The notes under the pieces were generated by a model that was not told the origin of the DNA, made no database searches, and was given only the letters and a program-made list of their open reading frames with translations. The position numbers were made by a program, and so were the translations under genes. A stretch of 28,506 bases of DNA from a virus (lineage: Duplodnaviria > Caudoviricetes). Where the stretch lies: IMG/VR virus record IMGVR_UViG_3300044259_000020, positions 1 to 28,506 of that record, one strand, 5' to 3'. Positions 1 to 8,398 of this stretch are shown in pieces (positions within the stretch are counted from its first letter, which is position 1; every line of letters starts with the position of its first letter).

Positions 1-18
1 CGTTGCAGGAAAGGTTGA

Positions 19-47
19 TTGACATAAGGCGCGCACTGGAAAATAAT
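19..47 (+). promoter_or_regulatory. sigma70-like promoter
   Basis: TTGACA (19-24), 17-nt spacer, AATAAT (42-47). Confidence 0.6.
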
Positions 48-53
48 AATCAC

Positions 54-112
54 ATCTCCGCTATCCCTTGTTGTTGCTCGCTTAGCCCCAGCCCTCCCGC
101 TGGGGCTTTTTT
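54..112 (+). ncRNA. candidate ~60-nt small RNA
   Basis: Lies between the promoter at 19-47 and the plus-strand terminator at 84-112; no obvious ORF; GU-rich segment TTGTTGTTGCTC; 5' end estimated. Confidence 0.4.
84..112 (+). terminator. Rho-independent terminator
   Basis: AGCCCCAGC-CCTCCC-GCTGGGGCT stem-loop followed by a T run on the plus strand only. Confidence 0.8.
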
Positions 113-113
113 A

Positions 114-485
114 TTAATCACCCTGCTTGACGTGGCAGATCGCCGTACCGGTCTCAACGTAGCTATAAAGCTTTCCTGAGTGCGCCAAGATTGGCTGATA
201 TGTCACACCGGCATCAATCTTCTCGCCGAATGCCTTGATCATCGTCATGGCATCGGTAAGCTGGCCGGCCGTCCACGTTGCTGGATCGGAAGGCAGGGCC
301 GCACCGTCACCAGCAACGCCGCTCGGGAAATCACCATGCCAGAAATATACCGGCTTGTTGTCACGGTTCTGGATGCCCACACACTTTATGTTTGGGCGGC
401 CAGTGGTGATCAGGCTAATTCCTTGTGGAAAGGTTCGCGCAATCGACTGCACCTTTGCGCGTAGATCGTCACTTTGAAACGGCAT
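114..485 (-). CDS. hypothetical phage protein (123 aa)
   Basis: ORF starts 1 nt after the stop of the upstream ORF; no family recognised. Confidence 0.75.
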   Translation of the reverse strand: MPFQSDDLRAKVQSIARTFPQGISLITTGRPNIKCVGIQNRDNKPVYFWHGDFPSGVAGDGAALPSDPATWTAGQLTDAMTMIKAFGEKIDAGVTYQPILAHSGKLYSYVETGTAICHVKQGD

Positions 486-486
486 G

Positions 487-861
487 CTAAAACCTCCAGA
501 AGTTAACCCGGGCGTAAGGCGCTCCGGTTATGCCAGAAAACTCTATTCTTCCCATTTCAGCTCGTCCATAAAAAAGCGGGACGACGTAGTTTGAGAGCGG
601 GGTTCCGCAGTCGATGGCCTTGATGGATGCAGCATTGCCTGCTGTCACGTAGTTGATTCCCATGGGGGATACCCAGCATTTAACCTCGCCGCCAGTCGGG
701 CTAACCGGGATCGTTCCGGCTGCGTCGCTAAAAAATTCGGCGAACACTTGACAGTGCTGCGCCTGTGGATAGTCCATACTCAGCGTGTAGTATGTCGCGT
801 TTGCCGTCGGCAGCACCTCGCCTCCAGCCAAAGTTAAAACAGGGAACAGGGCGTTAGCCAT
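487..861 (-). CDS. hypothetical phage protein (124 aa), possibly a beta-rich virion accessory protein
   Basis: Start reassigned to ATG at 861 (MANALF...), preceded by AGGAG; function is a guess. Confidence 0.7.
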   Translation of the reverse strand: MANALFPVLTLAGGEVLPTANATYYTLSMDYPQAQHCQVFAEFFSDAAGTIPVSPTGGEVKCWVSPMGINYVTAGNAASIKAIDCGTPLSNYVVPLFYGRAEMGRIEFSGITGAPYARVNFWRF

Positions 862-892
862 GATGTGTGCTCCTTCTATTGTTCCTCCTGGG

Positions 893-919
893 AATGATAT
901 CACCTTTTACAACGTCAAT
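893..919 (-). promoter_or_regulatory. putative late-promoter motif with extended -10 (TGn-TATCAT)
   Basis: TGTAAAAGGTGATATCATT matches the element upstream of terS (24212-24230) at 15/19 positions. Confidence 0.45.
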
Positions 920-982
920 GACGGTGGCGCATGGATATTGTCAAGCTCTTTTGAGATACTAAACCCAGACACGGGTGAGACG

Positions 983-1438
983 ATGAGCATGATACCTAAC
1001 GGGCCGACTGAACAGCCTGGCGCCGGAGCCTACGAACTAGGTAGGATGGCGGAGGCGCTAGCGAATAACACTCGCACTCTGGCGAAGTTGGCCGATCTGG
1101 TCGAAAGCCACGCGCAAACCACTTCTCAGCACTCAGCGCGCCTGAGTCGCATCGAATCATCCATCGAGATGATGCAATCTGACATCAGAAAAACCGTCAA
1201 CATGTCCATGACCGGACACACAAACGAGAGTGACGTAAGAGAGCGCCTGGCGTTCCTTGATCGCATGTATCAGCAAGATCAGGAGCGGCAAGGGTTAAAG
1301 AGGCACGGCAGAAACGTGTTGTATGGTGCCATTGTTGTCGCTCTTTTTTGGTGGGGTTTTGCTGCTTTTAAAACCGCGCTTGTTAATGAATTTGCTGCCG
1401 AAGCTAAAGCGCAGACGCAAACCGCTAGGAGTAAGTGA
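983..1438 (+). CDS. coiled-coil membrane protein, putative holin/antiholin-like first gene of the lysis cassette
   Basis: Likely start MSM at 983; heptad-like N-terminal region; one TM helix (VLYGAIVVALFWWGFAAF); stop overlaps endolysin start (TGATG). Confidence 0.6.
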   Translation: MSMIPNGPTEQPGAGAYELGRMAEALANNTRTLAKLADLVESHAQTTSQHSARLSRIESSIEMMQSDIRKTVNMSMTGHTNESDVRERLAFLDRMYQQDQERQGLKRHGRNVLYGAIVVALFWWGFAAFKTALVNEFAAEAKAQTQTARSK

Positions 1439-1998
1439 TGGCAACAAAAAGAAACTCACTGATTGCCGGCGCCGCCATAATGGCTGCAGCGATGGCATTT
1501 ACCGGGCAATTTGAATCTCCTGGCGCAAAGCCTGTATTGGTGGCGTACCGAGATCAGGGCGGAGTGCCCACTATCTGCAACGGGATTACCAAGGGCGTCC
1601 ACATGGGGATGCGGGTAACCAGGGAGTGGTGCGATGCAAGGTTCGAAGAGGAGCTAGAGATCCACAGTAAACCACTTGACCGAGTGCCTTACCAGATGAG
1701 CCAGGAGGCCAGAATGGCGTGGTCTGATTTCTGTTTCAATGTCGGAACGGGAGCGTGTCAGGGTTCTGGCGCATTCAAGACTCTGATGGCTGGCCGTGAG
1801 CGTGAGAGTTGCGATGGATTTCTCGCGTGGAGATTCACCTCTGTTCGCGGCGTCAAGCGTGACTGCTCCTTGTCTGGTAGTGGGTGCGCTGGGATTTGGG
1901 CTAGGCGCAACGCTGAACGCGATCTATGCCAGGGTAGAATCACTGAGGCTGGGTTTATGGGTGCAATCTCCAATCTTGGCGCCGGAGGTGTGGAATGA
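1438..1998 (+). CDS. endolysin, phage lysozyme (GH24), SAR-type
   Basis: E...YRDQGGVPTICNGIT catalytic motif, FNVGTGA, RRNAERDLC; Ala/Gly-rich weakly hydrophobic N-terminus after KR; AGGAG RBS. Confidence 0.92.
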   Translation: MATKRNSLIAGAAIMAAAMAFTGQFESPGAKPVLVAYRDQGGVPTICNGITKGVHMGMRVTREWCDARFEEELEIHSKPLDRVPYQMSQEARMAWSDFCFNVGTGACQGSGAFKTLMAGRERESCDGFLAWRFTSVRGVKRDCSLSGSGCAGIWARRNAERDLCQGRITEAGFMGAISNLGAGGVE

Positions 1999-2219
1999 TC
2001 AAGCCGATCCACAACTGGCGGGATGGTTGGCGCTTTACGTCAGTTCAGGCTTTGGCGGTTGCCATGGTATGCGACACCGCCGTGGCAGCGATTGTGATTG
2101 TCGGGGAGTCCTGGCCGGTTAGCCCGATTGTGTATGTGTGGATCCGGCTTGGGTTGACAGTAATTTCAATGGCGGCCAGATTCGTCGCCCAGGAGTCGCG
2201 CAATGTTGACGTCGATTAA
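1995..2219 (+). CDS. putative holin (2 TM)
   Basis: NWRDGWRFTSVQALA motif typical of small phage holins; two hydrophobic segments; ATGA overlap with endolysin. Confidence 0.75.
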   Translation: MIKPIHNWRDGWRFTSVQALAVAMVCDTAVAAIVIVGESWPVSPIVYVWIRLGLTVISMAARFVAQESRNVDVD

Positions 2220-2685
2220 GCCATGGCTTTACCTTGGCGCGCTTTTACTTTCCATTGCCATGGTGTTTGCGGCGTACCAAAGTGGCAGGTCTGATTCAAA
2301 TTCCGAGTGGGAACTGAGCCAAGCAAGGCTAAAGGCTGAGCAAGAGGCCGCCGCACGGGAGACGGAAAGAAACTGGCTAAGCAAAATGGAGAAACTGCAA
2401 AATGACGCTGAACATCAAATCTCGGCTGCCCGCAGCGATGCTGCTGCCGCTGTTAATGTCGCTGACGGCCTGCACAAGCAAGCCGCAGCCTATGCTAGCC
2501 GACTGTCCAAGTGTTCCTCCGCTGCCGGCCGCAGCGAAACAGCCGGATCTGGAGCTGCTTTGCTCGCCGAGCTGTTCGAGCGCGCTGATCGTAGAGCGGG
2601 AGAGCTGGCAGAAGCTCTTGACCGAAGCAGAATAGCCGGGGAGGCATGCAGGGTGGCTTATGAAAACATCCGTGGCAAAAATTGA
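2203..2685 (+). CDS. Rz: i-spanin (Rz-like, DUF2514-like)
   Basis: N-terminal TM, Ala-rich coiled coil, C-terminal ADRRAGELAEALDRSRIAGEACRVAY; position in lysis cassette. Confidence 0.85.
   Translation: MLTSIKPWLYLGALLLSIAMVFAAYQSGRSDSNSEWELSQARLKAEQEAAARETERNWLSKMEKLQNDAEHQISAARSDAAAAVNVADGLHKQAAAYASRLSKCSSAAGRSETAGSGAALLAELFERADRRAGELAEALDRSRIAGEACRVAYENIRGKN
2402..2635 (+). CDS. Rz1: o-spanin lipoprotein (Rz1-like), fully embedded in Rz in the +1 frame
   Basis: Signal peptide with lipobox LTA-C, Pro-rich mature region (CPSVPPLP). Confidence 0.8.
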   Translation: MTLNIKSRLPAAMLLPLLMSLTACTSKPQPMLADCPSVPPLPAAAKQPDLELLCSPSCSSALIVERESWQKLLTEAE

Positions 2686-2866
2686 GACAGACCGCGAGGG
2701 GGTTGATTACGTCATCAATCACACATCAGTACCGGCTGTCGCCGCAGGCACAGCGCTGATAGTGCCATATTGTCACGCAGCTGCCTGCAGATACCTGTCT
2801 CGCGGCGTCATGGTTGAGGCAACAAAAGACGATGTAGAGAGGTACGAAAAAGAAGGCCCTCATTAA
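2660..2866 (+). CDS. hypothetical protein (68 aa)
   Basis: Overlaps Rz end and runs into the terminator. Confidence 0.55.
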   Translation: MKTSVAKIETDREGVDYVINHTSVPAVAAGTALIVPYCHAAACRYLSRGVMVEATKDDVERYEKEGPH

Positions 2867-2878
2867 GAGGGCCTTTTC
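2853..2878. terminator. bidirectional terminator between lysis and tail operons
   Basis: AAGGCCCTC-ATTAA-GAGGGCCTT with flanking A and T runs. Confidence 0.8.
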
Positions 2879-2879
2879 A

Positions 2880-2999
2880 TTACGCCGGGTCAAGGTAGCC
2901 GCACACAGGGCACTCCCAGAACAGCACTCCGCCCATTGTTTTCTGTGTCATTCTGGTTGAGTCAACCGGGCACCGCTTACTTACCGCTCGAACTGTCAT
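2880..2999 (-). CDS. 39-aa zinc-ribbon-like protein (not in ORF track)
   Basis: MTVRAVSKRCPVDSTRMTQKTMGGVLFWECPVCGYLDPA; TAATG coupling to upstream gene; stop abuts terminator. Confidence 0.7.
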   Translation of the reverse strand: MTVRAVSKRCPVDSTRMTQKTMGGVLFWECPVCGYLDPA

Positions 3000-3316
3000 T
3001 AGGCAACTCCATACTCTGATTTAAGGGCCGCAACATCTGCGGCGTGATTGGCATCCAGCTCAGCAAGCTCCATTTCAACGTCTTCTTTTCGTGAGGACTC
3101 ATCCACACCATCAGCAACCGCTGCGCGAAGCCATGCCGCGCATAGTTCGTCACGATCTTTGACGTAGGTGGTATTGAGAGCTGCCAGGGCCACAGAGAAT
3201 GATGGTTTAATTTCCGTGGGCACTACACTGAAATGCTCACCATCAACAACATCCTGCTCTGAGGATACAGCTCTCCATCCAGAGAGATCATTTTTAATGG
3301 CATAGCCAATAGTCAT
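2999..3316 (-). CDS. putative tail fibre assembly protein
   Basis: Start MTIGYA at 3316 overlaps fibre stop (ATGA); directly downstream of tail fibre. Confidence 0.65.
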   Translation of the reverse strand: MTIGYAIKNDLSGWRAVSSEQDVVDGEHFSVVPTEIKPSFSVALAALNTTYVKDRDELCAAWLRAAVADGVDESSRKEDVEMELAELDANHAADVAALKSEYGVA

Positions 3317-4428
3317 AAAGTGTCCTCCCATCCGATACAAAACAGGCGCCCTGTCGTTCCGCTAGAAGCGAAATACACAGCGCGAGATTCTAAAGCCATT
3401 TCGTAATATCCGCCCCAGTAATCCGGCTCTGACGCTATAAGCGGAGGCTTATCAAGATCATCAAAGCCACCATATCCAGCAGCTCCGGGGGTTACTGCGC
3501 AACAAGCCCCAGTTGTGGCTGCATGAGGCTTTAGTATGATCTCCATGGCTGTCGGAGGAATGAATGCATCTACAGATACAGATACCGGCGAGTATGCTGC
3601 CGATGTTATTGTCCCAACAGTACCCGATGCCATTAACGGATAATAAGCGCTGCCATAGAGCTTCCATGTCACCTTGGCGTTATATTGTGTAAATGCTATC
3701 GGGTATTTATTGACGCTGGAGTCAGTGCGGATCCAGCCAACACGGCGACGAAATGTATAGCCAGCTGGCATCGTGGGGGTTGTTGCCGATAGCGATAACA
3801 GCGACGCTACGGCTGAACCGTTATAGATTACCCACACGCTATACCATGTACTGGCAGCCAATGTGCCAGTATCGATGCCATTAGAACCAGATGTAGCCAC
3901 CGATGCGGATAAGCTCGCCTGCCCGACTACTACGGAGTCAATTCCGGATGTTGAATCTAACGAGATCATGTCAAAGGATATTGATACCAGCGGAGACAGG
4001 CCGGATGATGAAATCTTTAGCCCTCTCATGCAGCTGCTAGCACCATCGGAACTCCAGCCAGCGCCACCGGAATCAGGATTCGATGTGTTGTTGGCAGTTG
4101 TGTTTCGCCAGAACCCCAGCCCGTTAGATTTAAGCAGGAGCGCCCCTAACGGATAGCCGCCAATAGCCGTTGACATGGCGGCGCTGTATGTCGGCATTCC
4201 ACCTGCCTGCATGTAGCGCAAGATCTCAGTGATCGCAAAAAAGATCCCGTTAAAATCCTGACCGCGAGGCGGTATGCCGCCCGCCTCTTTTGCGGTCATA
4301 GTGATAGGTGGGAACCCTTGATCGTAACCAGCAAGCCCAGTAATAGGATCTGCCGCCGGAGGGATGGTGTTTTTTAATCCGCCACTCCCGAACGGAGTTA
4401 GTATTTTGCTAGGTTCAGATACCGACAT
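3313..4428 (-). CDS. tail fibre protein
   Basis: Conserved N-terminus (GFPPITM..GGIPPRGQDFNGIF, IGGYPLGA) after baseplate genes; Ser/Thr/Gly-rich distal part. Confidence 0.8.
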   Translation of the reverse strand: MSVSEPSKILTPFGSGGLKNTIPPAADPITGLAGYDQGFPPITMTAKEAGGIPPRGQDFNGIFFAITEILRYMQAGGMPTYSAAMSTAIGGYPLGALLLKSNGLGFWRNTTANNTSNPDSGGAGWSSDGASSCMRGLKISSSGLSPLVSISFDMISLDSTSGIDSVVVGQASLSASVATSGSNGIDTGTLAASTWYSVWVIYNGSAVASLLSLSATTPTMPAGYTFRRRVGWIRTDSSVNKYPIAFTQYNAKVTWKLYGSAYYPLMASGTVGTITSAAYSPVSVSVDAFIPPTAMEIILKPHAATTGACCAVTPGAAGYGGFDDLDKPPLIASEPDYWGGYYEMALESRAVYFASSGTTGRLFCIGWEDTL

Positions 4429-5065
4429 TTATTAGATCTCCGTTGGAAAGCAGGGTTCCCTGCCCGAAAGGATGTGAGCTGTAACCGGCCTCGAAAAATC
4501 CAAAGGTTTCTGATGGCGCCGCTAGAACCATGGCTTGCACACCACCAGGTCTTGGCAGTGAGTCAGATTTTATAACAGAAACCTCCCACGGCTCCAGGTT
4601 GAACTCAAAAACATAGCGGATTGCCATGTTTTGGAGATCGTTAACCCAGCATCTTCCCCTACCCGGGAACAGCTGCTGAAGAACCCTATTTGTTTCAGGG
4701 ATCGCTGAGTCTGATATGTTGGCAAGAGCCTTTGTGAGGATTAGAGTCCTGTAGGCTTGATCAGCAAGCTCAAAGGTTTGAGTTTGAGCCGCGCCAGAAA
4801 AAAACACTCCATTTCCAAGCGTCTGCCATGACTGGCTTACCGAATCATTAAAGCCAAAGTAGTCGCCCGCCTCTATCTTGAGATACCGCCCACTGGCAAT
4901 GCCAACTATACGACCCCAGATGTCAAGGCCAAATCCCTGTGCCGTGTCAACATTCCATACTACATCGTAAAACTCATCAACCCATGACACCGAAAAATAG
5001 TCAGTGTGATAGCTGATCAACTGCCTGATTTTTGGGCTTGCTGCATACTGGCGCATTGGGGTCAT
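4415..5065 (-). CDS. baseplate wedge protein (DUF2612-like)
   Basis: WNVDTAQGFGLDIWGRIVG and LPRPGGV motifs; follows J-like gene. Confidence 0.85.
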   Translation of the reverse strand: MTPMRQYAASPKIRQLISYHTDYFSVSWVDEFYDVVWNVDTAQGFGLDIWGRIVGIASGRYLKIEAGDYFGFNDSVSQSWQTLGNGVFFSGAAQTQTFELADQAYRTLILTKALANISDSAIPETNRVLQQLFPGRGRCWVNDLQNMAIRYVFEFNLEPWEVSVIKSDSLPRPGGVQAMVLAAPSETFGFFEAGYSSHPFGQGTLLSNGDLINVGI

Positions 5066-6276
5066 ACGAGCGTCACCGTGATGTCAGATGCTGAAATTGT
5101 TGGCGCCTGGTCAACCCCAACCGAAACGGAATCAAGAGTCGCCGTTGACGTGCCTATCTTTATAGATAGCACCTGAACGCCGTTGGCTATTGAAGCAACC
5201 CCATAATAATAGTTTGACGCATAGATGTCAGACCCAATGCGGGCGCGTTGGAAAGTCCCTCCCCCGTTGAACGTTGACACGATAGACGCCTTAACAAGAT
5301 CAGATATGTTCGATGGTAGGGCCGCGCTGCTCTTAATACTTACGGCGAACTTTATCGGCAGCGATGCCGGCCGGTTAAAGCTGATCCCATACTCTGGATA
5401 TGGGTAAGACACGCCGCTTTCAGTATCTTGCACTGTGACCGTGGTGTTACCAGTGAGGTTGCACCCGCCGTCCTTTTTTAGGTAAATGGCTTTCGCAACA
5501 TCAGCATCTGTGCCGCCAGACACCGCCACATAAACGCAGTGAGCTGGGACTGAATAACCGGTTGACCCTACACTCACCGGTGATCCAGTGAAATTGTCAT
5601 AGGCGTAAACGTCTATCACTCCGTCAATGTCCCACACTGACGACCTGATGGCTGCCGCCGAACCGTGAGAGTTTTTAGCAACAGACGCAAAGCGCCGAGC
5701 CTCGAACTCAGCGCGAGTTTCGGTGTTGGTTCCCACTGTGGCCGCCCCGAGATTGGTTATAGCATCCCAGCCAGATGACGCCTGAGCGATGGTGGTTAAC
5801 TCACCAGCTCCAAGCTGGACGTCTCCGGCGGTCTGGCAGGCAAACTGAACGGTCGTGACACCTCCTGACGGGAAAGTAACATCACCGGATGACACCCAGT
5901 AAACTCCATTGTCATCACGAGCTAATGCCCCGGCAAATAGGGTTGCTCCGGGCTGCCCGGTAACTGTGGCGGAAACAACGGAAGATGTGGCACCTTTGCG
6001 ATCCAGAAAATAAATGCGCCCTATACCATCCTGCATGCGACCCTCACTGGTGGCTGGGTCAACTCCAGCGATCACAGAGGCAACCGCGGAGTTTGCATCC
6101 ACAATATTTTGCGTCAGGTTGTCTGCGATGTGCGCTTGCGGAGTGCCAGAGCTGGTGATGTTGAGGTTGCCGCCGAACGCCATGTTATAGTCAGCGAGCA
6201 CACCATCACGGATGGTGGTTGATTGTGGGATTGAGATCCCGGTATAGCTAATGGTGACTTTCGGCACGCTAGACAT
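5062..6276 (-). CDS. baseplate J/gp47-like wedge protein
   Basis: DPATSEGRMQDGIGRIYFLDR, GTNTETRAEFEARR; size and synteny. Confidence 0.88.
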   Translation of the reverse strand: MSSVPKVTISYTGISIPQSTTIRDGVLADYNMAFGGNLNITSSGTPQAHIADNLTQNIVDANSAVASVIAGVDPATSEGRMQDGIGRIYFLDRKGATSSVVSATVTGQPGATLFAGALARDDNGVYWVSSGDVTFPSGGVTTVQFACQTAGDVQLGAGELTTIAQASSGWDAITNLGAATVGTNTETRAEFEARRFASVAKNSHGSAAAIRSSVWDIDGVIDVYAYDNFTGSPVSVGSTGYSVPAHCVYVAVSGGTDADVAKAIYLKKDGGCNLTGNTTVTVQDTESGVSYPYPEYGISFNRPASLPIKFAVSIKSSAALPSNISDLVKASIVSTFNGGGTFQRARIGSDIYASNYYYGVASIANGVQVLSIKIGTSTATLDSVSVGVDQAPTISASDITVTLV

Positions 6277-6613
6277 TGATCACCGCCCCGTCATCGGTTG
6301 TTATTTGGATTTGACCGGTAACGCTCCGGTCTGTGTTGTATCGCAGGATTGCTGTTGCTGATGCCACGCCTGGCACTTTTTCCGCTTCTACCTTATACCA
6401 GGCTGCCATTTCAGCATTGGATGGCCTCAAGCCAAGGATCGATCCCTCATACGGAATTCCGTCATTGGTTGCGAAAGGCGGCTCACCACGCCACACCAGA
6501 CCCTGACTGGCCACGTCCTGCGCGATAGCGTAGTAAAGGGATGACACGGCGATATTGCCAGCCGCATCAACATCGAGATCCCAGTCGTCAGGGTTTAGAA
6601 ACAGCGTGTCCAT
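6269..6613 (-). CDS. baseplate wedge subunit (gpW/gp25/gp46-like)
   Basis: WDLDVDAAGNIA...IAQDV...GE...GIPY; between spike and J. Confidence 0.75.
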   Translation of the reverse strand: MDTLFLNPDDWDLDVDAAGNIAVSSLYYAIAQDVASQGLVWRGEPPFATNDGIPYEGSILGLRPSNAEMAAWYKVEAEKVPGVASATAILRYNTDRSVTGQIQITTDDGAVINV

Positions 6614-7245
6614 TAGTTCGCCTTTGTGACAGTTGTCATGTGATCGGATGTTATCTGCTGCGCCGGAGCTGGACCACCCCCGTGGGTGTGCCCATTAAAC
6701 AGAGCAGCAAACCGCTCATCAATGATTCGGCGCAAATCTCCACCCGTGTCACCTAGTTTAACACTGGTTGAGTTGTGAACCAAAATTCCGCCTTCTGTGA
6801 TCTGTAGATAGGTGGTAGGGGTTCCGTTGAGAAACCCCCCAAGATATAGCGCGTCGCTGAAATCATGGGTTCTCCAGCTGCCTGGCGGCGCCGCCTTGCG
6901 TGAGTTTTTCACTGCGGTAATGTCTCGAGAGCTAAAGGCTGCCATCCCAATGTCGCCAGGAGATGGATCAACGATAACGGCGCAGCTTCCGCCCTGCAGC
7001 CTGAAATATGGCACGTTGCTTATAATTCCGTGGTCGATGGTGTTTCCTTGCCCGTCAACCATGGCTACCAACGGTTGAATGCTGACAAAGCCAACCGGCG
7101 CCACTCCGGATGCAGATACGGAGATCACCTTAACGGGCAGGCTGGTTTGCAAGCTGGTCATAGCCTGCTGAATGGCAAACCTTACAGCGTCAATATCCGA
7201 ATCAAAATCAGTTGGCTTTGCCAGTGGGTATGCTGTATCACTCAT
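6613..7245 (-). CDS. baseplate central spike (Gp138/gp45/gpV-like)
   Basis: VPYFRLQGG..PSPGDIG, RTHDFSDALY, C-terminal HTH (HxH) metal motif; start MSDTAY at 7245 (ATGA overlap). Confidence 0.85.
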   Translation of the reverse strand: MSDTAYPLAKPTDFDSDIDAVRFAIQQAMTSLQTSLPVKVISVSASGVAPVGFVSIQPLVAMVDGQGNTIDHGIISNVPYFRLQGGSCAVIVDPSPGDIGMAAFSSRDITAVKNSRKAAPPGSWRTHDFSDALYLGGFLNGTPTTYLQITEGGILVHNSTSVKLGDTGGDLRRIIDERFAALFNGHTHGGGPAPAQQITSDHMTTVTKAN

Positions 7246-8129
7246 CGCGTCCTCACAAACTGGCTGATGGCGTTGGCGTTGACGTACATAAACCACGCGC
7301 CTCCTGGCGTCTCACAATCGAGACTGATTGTGACACTTCTAACGAAAAACTTACCCGCGCATGGGGTTACCGTTGTGTCGATGTTTAACTCTCGCCCACG
7401 ATAGATTGCTGGATCGTAAAGGCACACAAAATCCACACCCAGGTGCGTTGGGGTAGGCCAGCCCACCATGCCGGTAGATGCTGATATGGTAAGCGCATCG
7501 GTCTTTCGTGGCTGCCCTAGTGGAGCAATGGCAATGACACCCTCCGCAGCTTCAATCCACATCTGGCAGCGAGCCATGTCACACAAGCGTCGGATCTGGT
7601 CAACCGGCGATCCCGATAGGTAAGCATCGGTCACGCTGGAAGTAACGCCGTTGTTTTCCAGCGGGTAGCCAATTCCTTTTGCCAGTGCCGTGGCGATAGC
7701 GGCGACGCTTTGAGCTCCAGGCCATGATGTTGGCGCGGTTGTCGATGTGGCCTCAAACAGAGATTGATAAGCCTCCACCACAAACGCAACGTCAGGAGCG
7801 CCATTGTAGTCGGCCATTGCCGACCCGATGGTTCCGCGAAATAGCGTGTTGAACTCACCGTCAGGCCCCGTGGCCTCAACAAGCACCTCGTTGCGCTGCA
7901 GCTCAATGTTGACGTAGTTGATCAGGGTAAGCCGATTCATCACATCCTGCGACAGTCCCTTTATGCTCATTCTGGCGGTGGCGTATTGAGATCCGCCAGG
8001 GGCGTTTATCTGGACGGAAGAGCGAAAGCCATCATAGACGACGGTATCGGGATCGCCGCTCTTGCTGAACGACCCAGTGCGCATCTTGAACGTGAATCTC
8101 AAGCGTCTGGATTGAAAAGAAGCTGCCAT
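7242..8129 (-). CDS. baseplate hub protein (gp44/gp27-like)
   Basis: LFRGTI, ISASTGMVGWP motifs; upstream of spike. Confidence 0.75.
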   Translation of the reverse strand: MAASFQSRRLRFTFKMRTGSFSKSGDPDTVVYDGFRSSVQINAPGGSQYATARMSIKGLSQDVMNRLTLINYVNIELQRNEVLVEATGPDGEFNTLFRGTIGSAMADYNGAPDVAFVVEAYQSLFEATSTTAPTSWPGAQSVAAIATALAKGIGYPLENNGVTSSVTDAYLSGSPVDQIRRLCDMARCQMWIEAAEGVIAIAPLGQPRKTDALTISASTGMVGWPTPTHLGVDFVCLYDPAIYRGRELNIDTTVTPCAGKFFVRSVTISLDCETPGGAWFMYVNANAISQFVRTR

Positions 8130-8398
8130 CGAGCCCCCCAACCAGTGTAGTCGGGCGCGTCGTCGCCCTGAGTATCGTTTACCGCAATGTCACCAACAAA
8201 ACCGGTATACGCAGCACGGATGATGGCCGACCGGTTAACCATCAGAACGCCATCACACAGCACCGTGCCAGCCCATGAAACACTAATGTATTGGCGATCA
8301 TCCATCTGCCTGGTGGTGATCACTACCGGTTGGCCTGCAAGACTAACCTGTACAGACTGTGACGGCACGGCTTTCAGTGGGATTTGCTCTATTGCCAT
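8099..8398 (-). CDS. small baseplate protein
   Basis: IPLKAVPSQ...GFVGD...DTQG..PDYTGWGARWQL, typical of this tail module. Confidence 0.7.
   Translation of the reverse strand: MAIEQIPLKAVPSQSVQVSLAGQPVVITTRQMDDRQYISVSWAGTVLCDGVLMVNRSAIIRAAYTGFVGDIAVNDTQGDDAPDYTGWGARWQLLFNPDA

Noticed and set aside
860-982. Extended N-termini of ORFs 860..1438 and 487..903
   Set aside because: They would overlap head-to-head across the promoter region; better starts exist at 983 and 861
3313-4428. Tail-fibre inversion or diversity-generating retroelement
   Set aside because: No invertase, reverse transcriptase, second fibre cassette or template repeat seen
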